From contig NC_068994.1 of NCBI RefSeq assembly GCF_001194135.2, positions 47,556,197 through 47,598,604 of the forward strand: 42,408 bases of DNA, given 5' to 3'. Of the stretch, positions 23,262 to 35,137 are shown in pieces (positions within the stretch are counted from its first letter, which is position 1; every line of letters begins with the position of its first letter). Source of the DNA: Octopus bimaculoides. Taxonomy: Eukaryota. The notes beneath the pieces were generated by a model. The model was not told where the DNA came from. It made no database searches and worked only from the letters and a program-made list of their open reading frames with translations. The position numbers and the translations under genes are program-made.

Positions 23262-24312
23262 NNNNNNNNNNNNNNNNNNNNNNNNNNNNNNNNNNNNNNN
23301 NNNNNNNNNNNNNNNNNNNNNNNNNNNNNNNNNNNNNNNNNNNNNNNNNNNNNNNNNNNNNNNNNNNNNNNNNNNNNNNNNNNNNNNNNNNNNNNNNNNN
23401 NNNNNNNNNNNNNNNNNNNNNNNNNNNNNNNNNNNNNNNNNNNNNNNNNNNNNNNNNNNNNNNNNNNNNNNNNNNNNNNNNNNNNNNNNNNNNNNNNNNN
23501 NNNNNNNNNNNNNNNNNNNNNNNNNNNNNNNNNNNNNNNNNNNNNNNNNNNNNNNNNNNNNNNNNNNNNNNNNNNNNNNNNNNNNNNNNNNNNNNNNNNN
23601 NNNNNNNNNNNNNNNNNNNNNNNNNNNNNNNNNNNNNNNNNNNNNNNNNNNNNNNNNNNNNNNNNNNNNNNNNNNNNNNNNNNNNNNNNNNNNNNNNNNN
23701 NNNNNNNNNNNNNNNNNNNNNNNNNNNNNNNNNNNNNNNNNNNNNNNNNNNNNNNNNNNNNNNTAACTTTTACTTGTTTATTCGTTTCTTGGTATTTTTT
23801 CAGGTCTTTATTTTTCCAACCTTTGTTGCTTACATTTTAAAGCAACCGAAAGTATGAAGGGCGAGTGTGGGAGAATTGTATACTTAAGATAAAACCTACA
23901 CGTACGAGAAAAAGAAATAGGAGAGAGCAAATACATTAGAAAATACAATTATGCGTACGTAAGATATTTATACACACGTATTAACATGTGTGAGTTGTAA
24001 ACAATGTACGTTATAAAACACCACACGCGCGCATAGCTTTTATTTCGTGTGTGTGTGTGTGTATGTATGTGGAGAGAGAGAGAGAGAGAGAGCTGTAGTG
24101 AGAATATTCGCCACTACAAACTAGCAAATATAAACTAATATAGTATCTATACAAAAGAACTAGCATCACGCACTCACACACATACATATGCATGCGTGTA
24201 TATGTGTGTATGTATATATATCAGAGGAGGGTCTCAGTAATAACAGTGTAGCAAAATGGCAGTGCCCCAGCATGGCCACAGCTTTGAGCTGAAACTGATA
24301 AAACATAAAACG

Positions 24313-24365
<53 letters not shown>

Positions 24366-24445
24366 TTATNNNNNNNNNNATACACACACTTATATATGTC
24401 TGTGCATGTATATAGACATGTATATGCATATGTCTGTGCATGTAT

Positions 24446-24505
<60 letters not shown>

Positions 24506-24889
24506 GTAAGCATACACACCTAATGTCAATAGAACTGCTCACCGAGTAAAGAATATCTTTGATAATGAAAGTTTAATGACTGAACATGAGTCATATCAAT
24601 CTCATCAGTCTAGGAGAACCTCTGACTTGTACACGTGGATACTTTAATGTGCAGCTGTTCTATCGCATCTCAAATGCGCTATTACCTACCTCTGATCGAA
24701 CAGCATCTATGATACAAACAGGAAAACTAGTCATTGAATGTTCATTATGCTACATTTGAATGTACAATCCTAAAACATCTGCAGGACTTGTTGTATGAGC
24801 ATTGTGACTACTTGGTCATATGCATACCATATATAATCTCACATAATTACTGCAACATACAATATTTCAATTTGGCCATTGTTTCATAT

Positions 24890-25110
24890 TCTATGAAAAA
24901 TTGGTTTCAAATTTTGGCACAAGGCCAGTAATTTCAGGAGTAGTGATATATGTCAATTACATTAACCCCATTGCTCAACTGGTACTTATTTTATTGACCC
25001 TGAAAGGATGAAAGACAAAGTCAACCTCAGTAGGATTTGAACCTGGAATGTAAAGACAGACGAAATGCATTTTGCCCGACATGCTAATGATTCTGCCAGC
25101 TCACCAACCT
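24890..25110 (-). mobile_element. SINE family B, heavily CpG-decayed
   Basis: ggtacttatttttattgaccctgaaaggatgaaagacaaagtcaacctcagtaggatttgaacc; most CpGs of the 27453 copy are TpG or CpA here. Confidence 0.85.
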
Positions 25111-25399
25111 AATTCTATGAGAAATTACAATGCTTCTGAAGTAACAGCCATTCTACTTGGAGCTGGAGAAAATAAGTAGGGGACATCATGTCATTGTTTA
25201 ATGTTAACATCTGCAAATGAATCAAGATCAGAATCCATTGCATTATTTCTCTTCTTCCTATGGGAAAAAAGTTATATGACAGAGATGAATATTAAACAAA
25301 ACAATTACTCAAATCTTGTTATGATATAGAATGATACACCAAATCAATGACTTTGAAATATCCCCCTCTCAGCTAAGAGGTCCCTTGTCTTGCAAGCTA

Positions 25400-25635
25400 C
25401 CTGATAACTCCATGAATACTGGTGCCATGTAAACATCATGCACATTGGTGCCACATAAAAAGGAAACACATGCTGGCTTCACACTCAGTACACTCTGTAA
25501 AGTGGTTGGCATTAGGATGGGCATCCAGCTGTAGAAACAAACGACTGGAGCCTTGTGCAGCCCTCCAGCTTACCAGCTCCTGTCAAACCATCTAACCCAT
25601 GCCTGCATGGAAAATGGACATTAAATGATGATGAT
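25400..25635 (+). mobile_element. SINE family D
   Basis: ctggtgccatgtaaa...gtggttggcattaggatgggcatccagctgtagaaac...ccatctaacccatgcctgcatggaaaatggacattaaatgatgatgat. Confidence 0.8.
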
Positions 25636-25785
25636 AGATGATTTAGTATCACAGGACTACACTGTTGATAGCTATTGCAAAGTTGAATTATAGCTCCAAT
25701 GAGTTTGATATGAAACAACTGGAGCTAAGAGCACAATCTTATCAAGATTTGATGACCTAAGTGCAAAGTGACACCACAAATAACC

Positions 25786-25985
25786 AAATTGGTTTCAAAT
25801 TTTGGCACAAGGCTGACAATTTCAGGAGTGGGGGTAGGTCAGTTGATTATATCAGCCCCAGTGTTCAACTGGTATTTATTTTATTAACCCAGAAAGGAAT
25901 TTGAACTCAGGACGTGAAGATGGGCAAAATACTTCTAAGCATTCTGCCTGGCATGCTAACGATTATACCACCTTGCCACCTTACC
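25786..25985 (-). mobile_element. SINE family B, CpG-decayed
   Basis: Shares the aattggtttcaaattttggcacaaggc tail and the caactggta.ttattt core with 24890-25110. Confidence 0.8.
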
Positions 25986-26688
25986 GCAAATAACCATATT
26001 GCTAGCTATATTGTCTTCTGTCACCCTCCATTGAGGATGCTAACTCCTGCAAAAAAAAAAAACATTTTCTGAACTCATTGAGTATTTTTCACCATTATGG
26101 AAAGCTAGATGTTCACATGTGATTCAAATTACTCAGAAATAATTGCAAAAGTTGAGGTTCATCAAACATCACAGGAGTGGCCAGACTTAATTTCCAGAAT
26201 ATTCAGTTTGAAGCAGAAAGAATTACTAAAAGAAATGATAAAGAAAATGTACCTGAAAAAGTCAAAGACAATTTATCCAACTGAATTCTAAGAAAAATGT
26301 TTTCCACATACACAATTGATAATCTTAGAACAACATGATAAACCTCACACAGCAGAGAGTTTCAATATATGTTCATTTCCCACAAAACTATATAAAATGG
26401 TTGGAAACCATTTTGGAATGTAATTGGCATTGTCCTTACAAAAAGGAAAATAATAATGCTGAACATTTTTTTGAGTATATGGAAGTATTTTTGCATTAAC
26501 CAGTTCTCACTGTTGGACCTACAGGACTGGCTGTATTGTTCTCCAGAAAGTGGATTTACAACCCATTCAGATTTCTGAATTCCAATTTCTATTGACTGTG
26601 ATTGTGTTTGTAACATTGCTGTTTGCAGCAAACTGGCAAAAATATGTTGAAGCCATGAATTCATTTCGAAATGACACTACGTGTGTGT

Positions 26689-26860
26689 GTAGTGGGTTGA
26701 TCCACTACTCAGGAAGAGACTATTCTAGAGTACGTTCTGTCTTATCTTCGAAACGTCTAGTTAGAATAGAGACAGCTGATGAAGGAATATTCCAAGTGGC
26801 TTTCCGTTTTCCTATGTGTTCGTTCCGTTGTCTGTAGTTCATTGTTCTAACGTCCTGTAC
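26689..26860 (+). mobile_element. Possible Penelope pseudo-LTR-like repeat with hammerhead half-motifs
   Basis: CGAAACGTC at 26749-26757 and CTGATGAA-GGAATATTCC at 26776-26793. It is CpG-rich within a CpG-poor neighbourhood, and a 7-bp hairpin lies at 26689-26708. Confidence 0.35.
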
Positions 26861-27154
26861 CCTGATATGCATATATATACACATGTAGATGTAAGTATGT
26901 ACATGTGTGTATACATGTATATATATTCTTTGTATTATATATATATATATATATATAATTATATTATTTTGTTTAAAAGAGTTCCAACACTGTCTGTTTT
27001 TTATGTTTTATTTATATTCCTGCAGAACCAATGTGGGGTATAGAATATGGAATATACAATATATAATATAAAATAAAATAAAATAAAAATGGATGGCACC
27101 ATGAAATAAAGTATTGAATGTAGATGAAATATTGAGTGTTCAATATAAAGGATC

Positions 27155-27196
<42 letters not shown>

Positions 27197-27452
27197 GGAT
27201 ATATGTATACACACATACACACACATGCACATATATATACAGGGCTTTATGAGAGAACTGCAGTGTTTTCCAAGAAGTTTCTATACATGAAATAAATTAT
27301 AGCACACACAGAAATGTACTGATCTTTCAGGCTAGACTAGCTTTCTTCTTGGTGGCCTAGAATTGGCTAGAATGACCAGAAGCTGAACGGTCCTCAGTTT
27401 TTACATCAGCATGTCTTTCACGTAGATGGATGTCAGATGTTCTAGCACAAAC

Positions 27453-27679
27453 TATTTCTTTACTGTCCACAAGGGGCTACACACAGAGGGGACAAACAAG
27501 GACAGACAAACGGATTAAGTCGATTATATCGACCCCAGTGCGTAACTGGTACTTAATTTATCGACCCCGAAAGGATGAAAGGCAAAGTCGACCTCGGCGG
27601 AATTTGAACTCAGAACGCAGTGGCAGACGAAATACCGTTAAGCATTTATTTCGGCGTGCTAACGTCTCTGCCAGCTCGC
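27453..27679 (-). mobile_element. SINE family B, young near-intact copy
   Basis: tatttctttactg...atcgaccccgaaaggatgaaaggcaaagtcgacctcggcggaatttgaactcagaacg...ctgccagctcgc; all CpGs are retained. Confidence 0.9.
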
Positions 27680-28339
27680 AAGTGGTCTTTCAAGGGGCTC
27701 CTTCACCAGGCCCTANNNNNNNNNNNNNNNNNNNNNNNNNNNNNNNNNNNNNNNNNNNNNNNNNNNNNNNNNNNNNNNNNNNNNNNNNNNNNNNNNNNNN
27801 NNNNNNNNNNNNNNNNNNNNNNNNNNNNNNNNNNNNNNNNNNNNNNNNNNNNNNNNNNNNNNNNNNNNNNNNNNNNNNNNNNNNNNNNNNNNNNNNNNNN
27901 NNNNNNNNNNNNNNNNNNNNNNNNNNNNNNNNNNNNNNNNNNNNNNNNNNNNNNNNNNNNNNNNNNNNNNNNNNNNNNNNNNNNNNNNNNNNNNNNNNNN
28001 NNNNNNNNNNNNNNNNNNNNNNNNNNNNNNNNNNNNNNNNNNNNNNNNNNNNNNNNNNNNNNNNNNNNNNNNNNNNNNNNNNNNNNNNNNNNNNNNNNNN
28101 NNNNNNNNNNNNNNNNNNNNNNNNNNNNNNNNNNNNNNNNNNNNNNNNNNNNNNNNNNNNNNNNNNNNNNNNNNNNNNNNNNNNNNNNNNNNNNNNNNNN
28201 NNNNNNNNNNNNNNNNNNNNNNNNNNNNNNNNNNNNNNNNNNNNNNNNNNNNNNNNNNNNNNNNNNNNNNNNNNNNNNNNNNNNNNNNNNNNNNNNNNNN
28301 NNNNNNNNNNNNNNNNNNNNNNNNNNNNNNNNNNNNNNN

Positions 28340-28608
28340 ATTCATATAAAATACAGTGTACATTTAATACACATCAGAGATGCCCAGCTATTCTGCTGAT
28401 GATAGTTGGCCTTGCAAAATAGTTTGTTTTGCTAAAATAACTTGAAACCTGGTTCGGAATATAGATGGTAAATGTTTTTATTTTTCATTCCTTTTCGAAA
28501 TTATCCCTAATTGTGGTGTAGAGCTTTGGCTGTTCTTTCTAGCGGGTCAGATGTCCTTTTATGGGCATCTCTGATGTGAATTAAATGTACACTGTATTTT
28601 ATATGAAT
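28340..28608. mobile_element. Element with long terminal inverted repeats (at least 47 bp) enclosing a hammerhead
   Basis: 28340-28386 and 28562-28608 are reverse complements with one mismatch. The left end abuts a gap, so the true terminus and TSD are not visible. Confidence 0.8.
28389..28461 (+). ncRNA. Type I hammerhead ribozyme motif with extended stem II
   Basis: UAUUCUG CUGAUGA U AGUU..GCAAAA..UUUUGC..AACU U GAAAC CUG GUU CGGAAUA. Stem I has 7 bp with one G-U; the core is intact; 10.1/11.1 is U-U instead of G-C. Predicted cut after 28454. Confidence 0.7.
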
Positions 28609-29248
28609 AATATATAGTCTGTTGACTAATTTTTTTGCTCGCAAGACCACCAGTAGTAAATTAAATTTCTTAATTTTTTGCTGCCCTAAGACTTATTAAT
28701 ATATATATATATACACACACACAAACACACACACACTCACACATACGTGTGTGTATGCGTGTGTGGATACATGCCTAGCTATTGATGCATACACATTAGC
28801 AATGGAGCAGGTCACCCACTGATGGATACCTCCGGTCACAAAAGCTTATTTGACTACCTGTTTATCGCCCTATAGCATAAATGTGTAGTAGAACTGTTCA
28901 TTCAATCTAATTCTGTCCTATGTTCACACCATCCACAATCTCAGCTATTCTTGTCCAACATAAACTAACGTGTCTGTGGCTACCACAGTCTATTGTAATC
29001 ACCTTCAAATGTCCTTTACCTCCCCTGAACTCAGCTCTTTTGCTTTGTAAGTCTAAAAGCCTCACTTATAGACTGAAAGCTTTGTGAGGAGGAAGAAGTG
29101 ATGGAGGTGATGGAAATAGATTCTCTGCTGAATGTCTAGCTTTGATGTCGTCGCCCCCCCCCTCACCACTTCTAACTTTTCTATACGTATGCGGGCATGT
29201 ATATGTTTCTCTCTTCTTCCTTCACTCATTTTTTCTTCCTATCTCTTC

Positions 29249-29296
<48 letters not shown>

Positions 29297-29529
29297 TCAC
29301 ACTCATTCACACTACCACTCTACGTCTCTCTCTCCCTTCCACTCTGATACAAACCTGTATGGCTCTGAATTACATATCACTATATTAAGATACTGAACCA
29401 AAAAACCATGATATTCATATAATATAGTAGTAATAGTTTCTTAGTTAAAGTAAACAACAATAATAACAATAACGACTACAACAAGAATGGTGATGATGAT
29501 GATGATGATGAACTATCAGTCAAAATGGT

Positions 29530-29583
29530 ATTAACTGATCCCATCCCTTTAAAATTGCTGGCCTTGTGCCTAAATCAGATATC

Positions 29584-29646
<63 letters not shown>

Positions 29647-29718
29647 ACTGTTAAGGCGGTGAACTGGAAGAATCGTTACCATGCTGGGCGAAATGCTCAG
29701 CAGTATTTTATCCGTCTG
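29530..29718 (+). mobile_element. SINE family B tail, (TTA)n 29586-29643, then a new family B head
   Basis: aaaattgctggccttgtgcctaaa tail; taaggcggtgaactggaagaatcgttaccatgctgggcgaaatgctcagcagtattt head. Confidence 0.65.
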
Positions 29719-30504
29719 TATGTATGTATATGTATGTGCATACATTTGTACATGCATATATGTATGTATGTATGTATGTGCATACATTTGTACATGCATA
29801 TGTACATTCCATAAAGGGGGCATCCACATAGAATAGAGTCTCCTGCAAGTTCTAGGTTGTTCTTGACCAACAAGGAAAAAAATGGCTTCTTCCTGCCATA
29901 TACATGCAGTCATTAAAATGAGAATAAAAATCCATTCTGCTCTCATCTAACTTTCAGAAAATTATCTTGCCAAGGGACCCTGAATATTATTATTTATAAA
30001 GAAAAGTGTTACTGGACTACACACATAGTCCTATACATTAATCCCCAAAATTACTGGATAGCTGTAGATGGAATGTCTTTGATCAAAGGCTAACCCAATC
30101 AGGGTTAACCTTCGGCTAACCCTAATAGCCTTTCAGCAAATCTAATCTACTAGAACAATTTTCATTCCACCCTTATCTTCTGCTTCTAGTCATACAAGGA
30201 AAGGTTGATGAAGGTTTGGTCAGAAATGAAAACCCTCTGCACATGCCTGCTAATTAAAAGTAGTGGGATAATTTTTACAATGGACTTTAATGACAGTTGG
30301 AACTTCCCTGTACAAGGTAACAGCTGTTTGGCTCAATTTCACAAGTCAACAATCCCTTGACAGGGCTGACTGACCACACTGCTGCTTTGCAAAAAAAAAA
30401 ATCCATAAATTTTTTTACTGTAGCTATTGGTAATGGTGGCTGTGATGGTAGTGGCAGTGGTGGTGGTGAGAGTTATGGTTAAAATTGATTAAATCAATAT
30501 TAGC

Positions 30505-30635
30505 ATATAACTGGTAATTGTTTTTTGGATGAAAGGCAAAGTCAGTCTCGACAAAATTTGAACTTAGAATGTATAGACAGACAAAATGCCACTAAACATT
30601 TTGCCTGGCATGCTAACAATTCTGGCAGCTTGCTA
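30505..30635 (-). mobile_element. SINE family B, CpG-decayed
   Basis: ggatgaaaggcaaagtcagtctcgacaaaatttgaacttagaatg...cattttgcctggcatgctaacaattctggcagc. Confidence 0.8.
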
Positions 30636-30844
30636 GTAGTAGCAACATCAACAACAACAACAAGAATAATGATAACACTGTCAACCTGAGAGTAGGTGAT
30701 TCTCTTAAAATTCTTCCAGAATCAAAATATTACAAGTTTTAAGAACTAAATAAATACAAAGATCTTGAGATTTGGGAAACATGTGACACCCCAATATATA
30801 TATATTTGTGTGTATATACATACATACATACATATATATATATA

Positions 30845-31660
30845 CTAGCAGTATAACCTGACCTTGTCCGGGTGTGACTTATTATGCCATCTATGATAAG
30901 TCTTGCTAGCTGAAAATCAACTAAAAAAGAAAGCCTTACAACGAAAAAACCCTTATGATATAAATATGTTCATAATTCAAAAGACGATGAAATTAATAGG
31001 GAAAGTCTGAAGGCTGTTTTGCGTAAAATTATTAAGCATACGTAAATTTCATCCGTGTAATTGGCTATAGAAATGCTTGTGCAAAACAACTTTTTGCGCT
31101 GCCCTGATTATACATAGCAGGGTAATCCCTTTTCACAGGAGCAAGGATGGCAATTTATGATGAAGCAATTGCTGGCGATCTGTTGCTAAACAGTTTTGCC
31201 AGAATTCTATCAGATTGGGCAGAAGGTGTTGATGCACCATTTTGCATTATGTTCAAAGTAGCTACTGGAATGTGGTGAATTGCTGCAGTCTGTGGCTGTC
31301 ATTTTAAACCGGTTGCTGTCTTTCCCCAGCAAACTCTCTTCTTCGGAGGCATAATCTATGTATATATTAAACAGAACAACAAAAGTTATAATAAATGGCA
31401 GGGTCGGTACTTTTCACATATCTGTAATTTTTCAGATTAACACCCGCACGATTACCCAACCCTAATCCTAAACCTAATCCTAACACTAACCCTAACACTA
31501 ACCCTAAACCCTTACCCTAACCCTGACCCTAAAAAACGTAACCGTAACATTAATCCTAAACATTAACCCTGACCCTAAAACCCTAATCCTAACACCCTAG
31601 TGAAAATCGTGGTAAATTTACAAAACATTGACGAACATGAATTATATTTTACTGAATGAT
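30845..31660 (-). mobile_element. Internally deleted (non-autonomous) Helitron
   Basis: Canonical 3' end on the minus strand: acccggacaaggtcaggt hairpin, 7-nt spacer, CTAG followed by T. The remnant start MPPKKR (ATG at 31352-31350) follows an acceptor-like tract, and there is a weak AILAP helicase-like remnant. The 5' A/TC end is uncertain (31659 is one candidate). Confidence 0.65.
31455..31599. repeat. Degenerate interstitial telomere-like (CCCTAA)n array, roughly 24 units
   Basis: aaccct, aatcct, aacact, gaccct and aaccgt variants in tandem; TTAGGG-like on the minus strand. Confidence 0.85.
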
Positions 31661-32864
31661 TGTGTACTTGCATGTGTATGCTTTTGAGAGAGCGAGATAG
31701 GAAGAGGTAGAGAGGGGAAGAGAAAGGAATAGGAGTAGTTAAAAGTTTTCTTATGACTGCTTCTCTTCACTGCCTATTACTTCATTAGAAATCTAAGGAT
31801 GCACATAAGCACATAATAGAGAAAAATGAAACAAATATGGACGACNNNNNNNNNNNNNNNNNNNNNNNNNNNNNNNNNNNNNNNNNNNNNNNNNNNNNNN
31901 NNNNNNNNNNNNNNNNNNNNNNNNNNNNNNNNNNNNNNNNNNNNNNNNNNNNNNNNNNNNNNNNNNNNNNNNNNNNNNNNNNNNNNNNNNNNNNNNNNNN
32001 NNNNNNNNNNNNNNNNNNNNNNNNNNNNNNNNNNNNNNNNNNNNNNNNNNNNNNNNNNNNNNNNNNNNNNNNNNNNNNNNNNNNNNNNNNNNNNNNNNNN
32101 NNNNNNNNNNNNNNNNNNNNNNNNNNNNNNNNNNNNNNNNNNNNNNNNNNNNNNNNNNNNNNNNNNNNNNNNNNNNNNNNNNNNNNNNNNNNNNNNNNNN
32201 NNNNNNNNNNNNNNNNNNNNNNNNNNNNNNNNNNNNNNNNNNNNNNNNNNNNNNNNNNNNNNNNNNNNNNNNNNNNNNNNNNNNNNNNNNNNNNNNNNNN
32301 NNNNNNNNNNNNNNNNNNNNNNNNNNNNNNNNNNNNNNNNNNNNNNNNNNNNNNNNNNNNNNNNNNNNNNNNNNNNNNNNNNNNNNNNNNNNNNNNNNNN
32401 NNNNNNNNNNNNNNNNNNNNNNNNNNNNNNNNNNNNNNNNNNNNNNNNNNNNNNNNNNNNNNNNNNNNNNNNNNNNNNNNNNNNNNNNNNNNNNNNNNNN
32501 NNNNNNNNNNNNNNNNNNNNNNNNNNNNNNNNNNNNNNNNNNNNNNNNNNNNNNNNNNNNNNNNNNNNNNNNNNNNNNNNNNNNNNNNNNNNNNNNNNNN
32601 NNNNNNNNNNNNNNNNNNNNNNNNNNNNNNNNNNNNNNNNNNNNNNNNNNNNNNNNNNNNNNNNNNNNNNNNNNNNNNNNNNNNNNNNNNNNNNNNNNNN
32701 NNNNNNNNNNNNNNNNNNNNNNNNNNNNNNNNNNNNNNNNNNNNNNNNNNNNNNNNNNNNNNNNNNNNNNNNNNNNTTGATGTAAAAAATTTTACGAAAA
32801 AGTGGAAAATGTAGATTTCTATAAACATTCAAAAAGGCTTCACACAAACACACAACTTCAGATT

Positions 32865-32899
<35 letters not shown>

Positions 32900-32911
32900 A
32901 TATATACATAC

Positions 32912-32943
<32 letters not shown>

Positions 32944-33188
32944 ATGCATATATATATATATATATATATATATTTGATAACAGATAAGAGAAACCCACCA
33001 ACAGACAGGTGAGAAGCAGCCACTTGTTATGGTTGGAAGTGACCCAAACCACATTTTGCTTCTGCTTCTGGAACATGAAAACTTCCAAAGGTACCCAGGA
33101 TCATCATCAAATTTTACTAGGCATGAATTGTGACAATTCTTTGGGTAGTTCATGCATAATTCTCAAACAAGTTATGGCCTGAGAATAT

Positions 33189-33417
33189 TTAATCCTTTTG
33201 ATATCAGCCCACCTTAGACCACAATTGCTCCTATGATACAAACTTTGTTTTAAAGCATTTCAAATTAAAACCTTCCTTCAGAATTTCATGCTAATTTATT
33301 TCCCAAGCATCAGCTTAATAATGATGAAGTTATTTCTATTAAATTCTTCATTATTATCAAAATTAATTGAAACAAAAGTTGTGCATCTCAATAGGAATTT
33401 GGTAACAAAAGAGTTAA
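33189..33417. mobile_element. TTAA-bounded MITE (piggyBac-like ends)
   Basis: Left TTAATCCTTTTGATATC and right GGTAACAAAAGAGTTAA are imperfect TIRs of the CCCTTTTG type, with TTAA at both ends. Confidence 0.6.
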
Positions 33418-33749
33418 CCTGACACCCTATGAAATAATTCCTTTGTTTCTGAGAAATACCCATTAACATTGAGATTAACAGACCAAAGAATAATCTCATC
33501 AGCATTAATATTGATTTGTTTCAAAACTTTATGCAAATGATATTTCTTCTAAGCTATATTTTCGTTAATATTATCAAACCACAGTGGTACAGGTGAAACT
33601 AAAGCCAGTTGATCGCCTATCAATTTTAACATTGAGCATTGCATGTTGCACCATGTGGTGTTTACAGTAACATAAATAATGGACCTCTAAGAAATCAGCA
33701 CATTTTCCACTCTCTTTTTGCTTATGAGAGAGCCTTTTGATTGAAAATT

Positions 33750-34006
33750 ACCTGAAAGTCCAGGTAGTCACCCATGCATACCAGCCTCTCTTCTCCACAC
33801 CACTGATGTTATCCAAGGGAAAGGCAAAGACTGATACAGCTTGGCACCAGTGATGTCTCAACTCATTTCTGCAGCTGAATGAACTGGAGCAACGTGAAAT
33901 AAAATGTCTTGCTCAAGAATTCAACACACAGCCCAGTCCAGAAATCAAACTCACTACCTCATGATTGTGAGCCTCAAGCTCTAACCACTAAGCCAAGCAC
34001 CTTCAC
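33750..34006 (-). mobile_element. SINE family C
   Basis: cactgatgttatccaagggaaaggcaaa...tgaactggagcaacgtgaaataaaatgtcttgctcaaga...ctctaaccactaagcc..caccttcac; closely similar to 40330-40548. Confidence 0.85.
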
Positions 34007-34730
34007 TACACACACACACAGACACACAGACACACAATATTGATTTTGCCTTCTTCCAGTGTCAATAAAATAAAGTACCAGTTAAGAACTGGAATTTATT
34101 CAATCAAATGCTAATCTGTGCCCATAAAGCAATGGGCTCCAGTAGAGATCAAATGTCTATCCAGCCATGGGGCTTCAACAAGATGTTGTGACACACTGGC
34201 TGGAGTATACAACCATCAGATCAATATTATTTATCAGCAAAATGTTAGAAATCAATATTATCTATGTGTGACATCATGTACGGCTGCCAACAGAACAAAA
34301 CAAAAGACGTGAACTCTTACATAATATTAATCACTCTCGTATACACATAATCTTTCTCTAAAAGCTGGCCCCACCGAAAGGGGTTACACAAAAGAAATGT
34401 GTGTGTATATATATGTATGTGTATGTGTATATACATACACACACTCACACACATATACATGGGTGTGTGTATGTAAATGTATGTATATATACATATGTGT
34501 GTATATAATCTATATATGTACATATTTATAATATATATATGAATATGTATACATATATACTTACACACATATATATGTATGTATATATATATATACACAG
34601 ACACAAAGAAAAGTACATACACCACACCCTCACATACATATATACATGCATATATATATGTGTGTGTTTGTGTAGTCATGCATATCTTGCTTTAATCTTT
34701 CCCTTCTTTTTTCTGTACACAGATATATAC

Positions 34731-34774
<44 letters not shown>

Positions 34775-35137
34775 GTGTGTGTGTGTGTGTATTTCTTTTT
34801 TTATGTAAAGGTTATTGCGCAGTAATTCTGTTGATTCTGTTGTTACTATTATTGTTGATGTTGTTGTTGTTATCGTTCTCACACAACACAACTTTTATCG
34901 TAACACATGTAAGTCATTACAGAGACACTCACTACCTCATGCACACACACATACACACACATGCATGCATGCACGTACACATGATATTTGGCCTTCTGGT
35001 AGAATTTTATATCTTTGTCAAACTACAATTAGGTTCCTTTAGTAAATCTGAAACAGATACCAGGTGAAAATTGGCTGCATTTGCTCCTCCTGCTGCTGTT
35101 TCTTCTTTTCTGTCCTCATCTTTTTCATATTCTTCTT

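Larger units (their letters stand above)
24601..26400 (+). mobile_element. Fossil autonomous Helitron RepHel fragments split by three SINE insertions
   Basis: Colinear degenerate motifs: YRISNALLP..IYDT..TILKHLQDLLYEHCDY (24601-24811); RNYNASEVTAIL..DI..NPLHY..YG (25120-25270); and HHYGKLD..FTCDSNYSEI..QEWPDLISRIFSLKQKELL..EF*EKCFPHTQLIIL (26063-26400). These match the Helitron order YHRIGSLLP / IYD / LQ..LHEHNPY / RYN..SEVAAI / DPLQYPLLFPYG / YGKPDLFITFTCNPKW / DRPDLVARVF / EFQKRGLPHAH. Confidence 0.8.

Noticed and set aside
27290-27715. Mariner-like HTH remnants (GEGAP*KTT..EDRSASG) around the young SINE, minus strand
   Set aside because: The similarity is too weak to distinguish from chance by eye.
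28800-29060. Tc1-like remnant (AEIVDGVNIG..TV) on the minus strand
   Set aside because: Weak similarity with several stops; no TIR or DDE region found.
30101-30123. 10-bp hairpin agggttaacc-ttc-ggctaaccct
   Set aside because: Short, and it lies in the tail of repeat family E; no evidence of independent function.
34165-34280. LQQDVVTHWLEY resembling the hAT transposase DV.TRW motif
   Set aside because: Too short, and no further colinear motifs were found.
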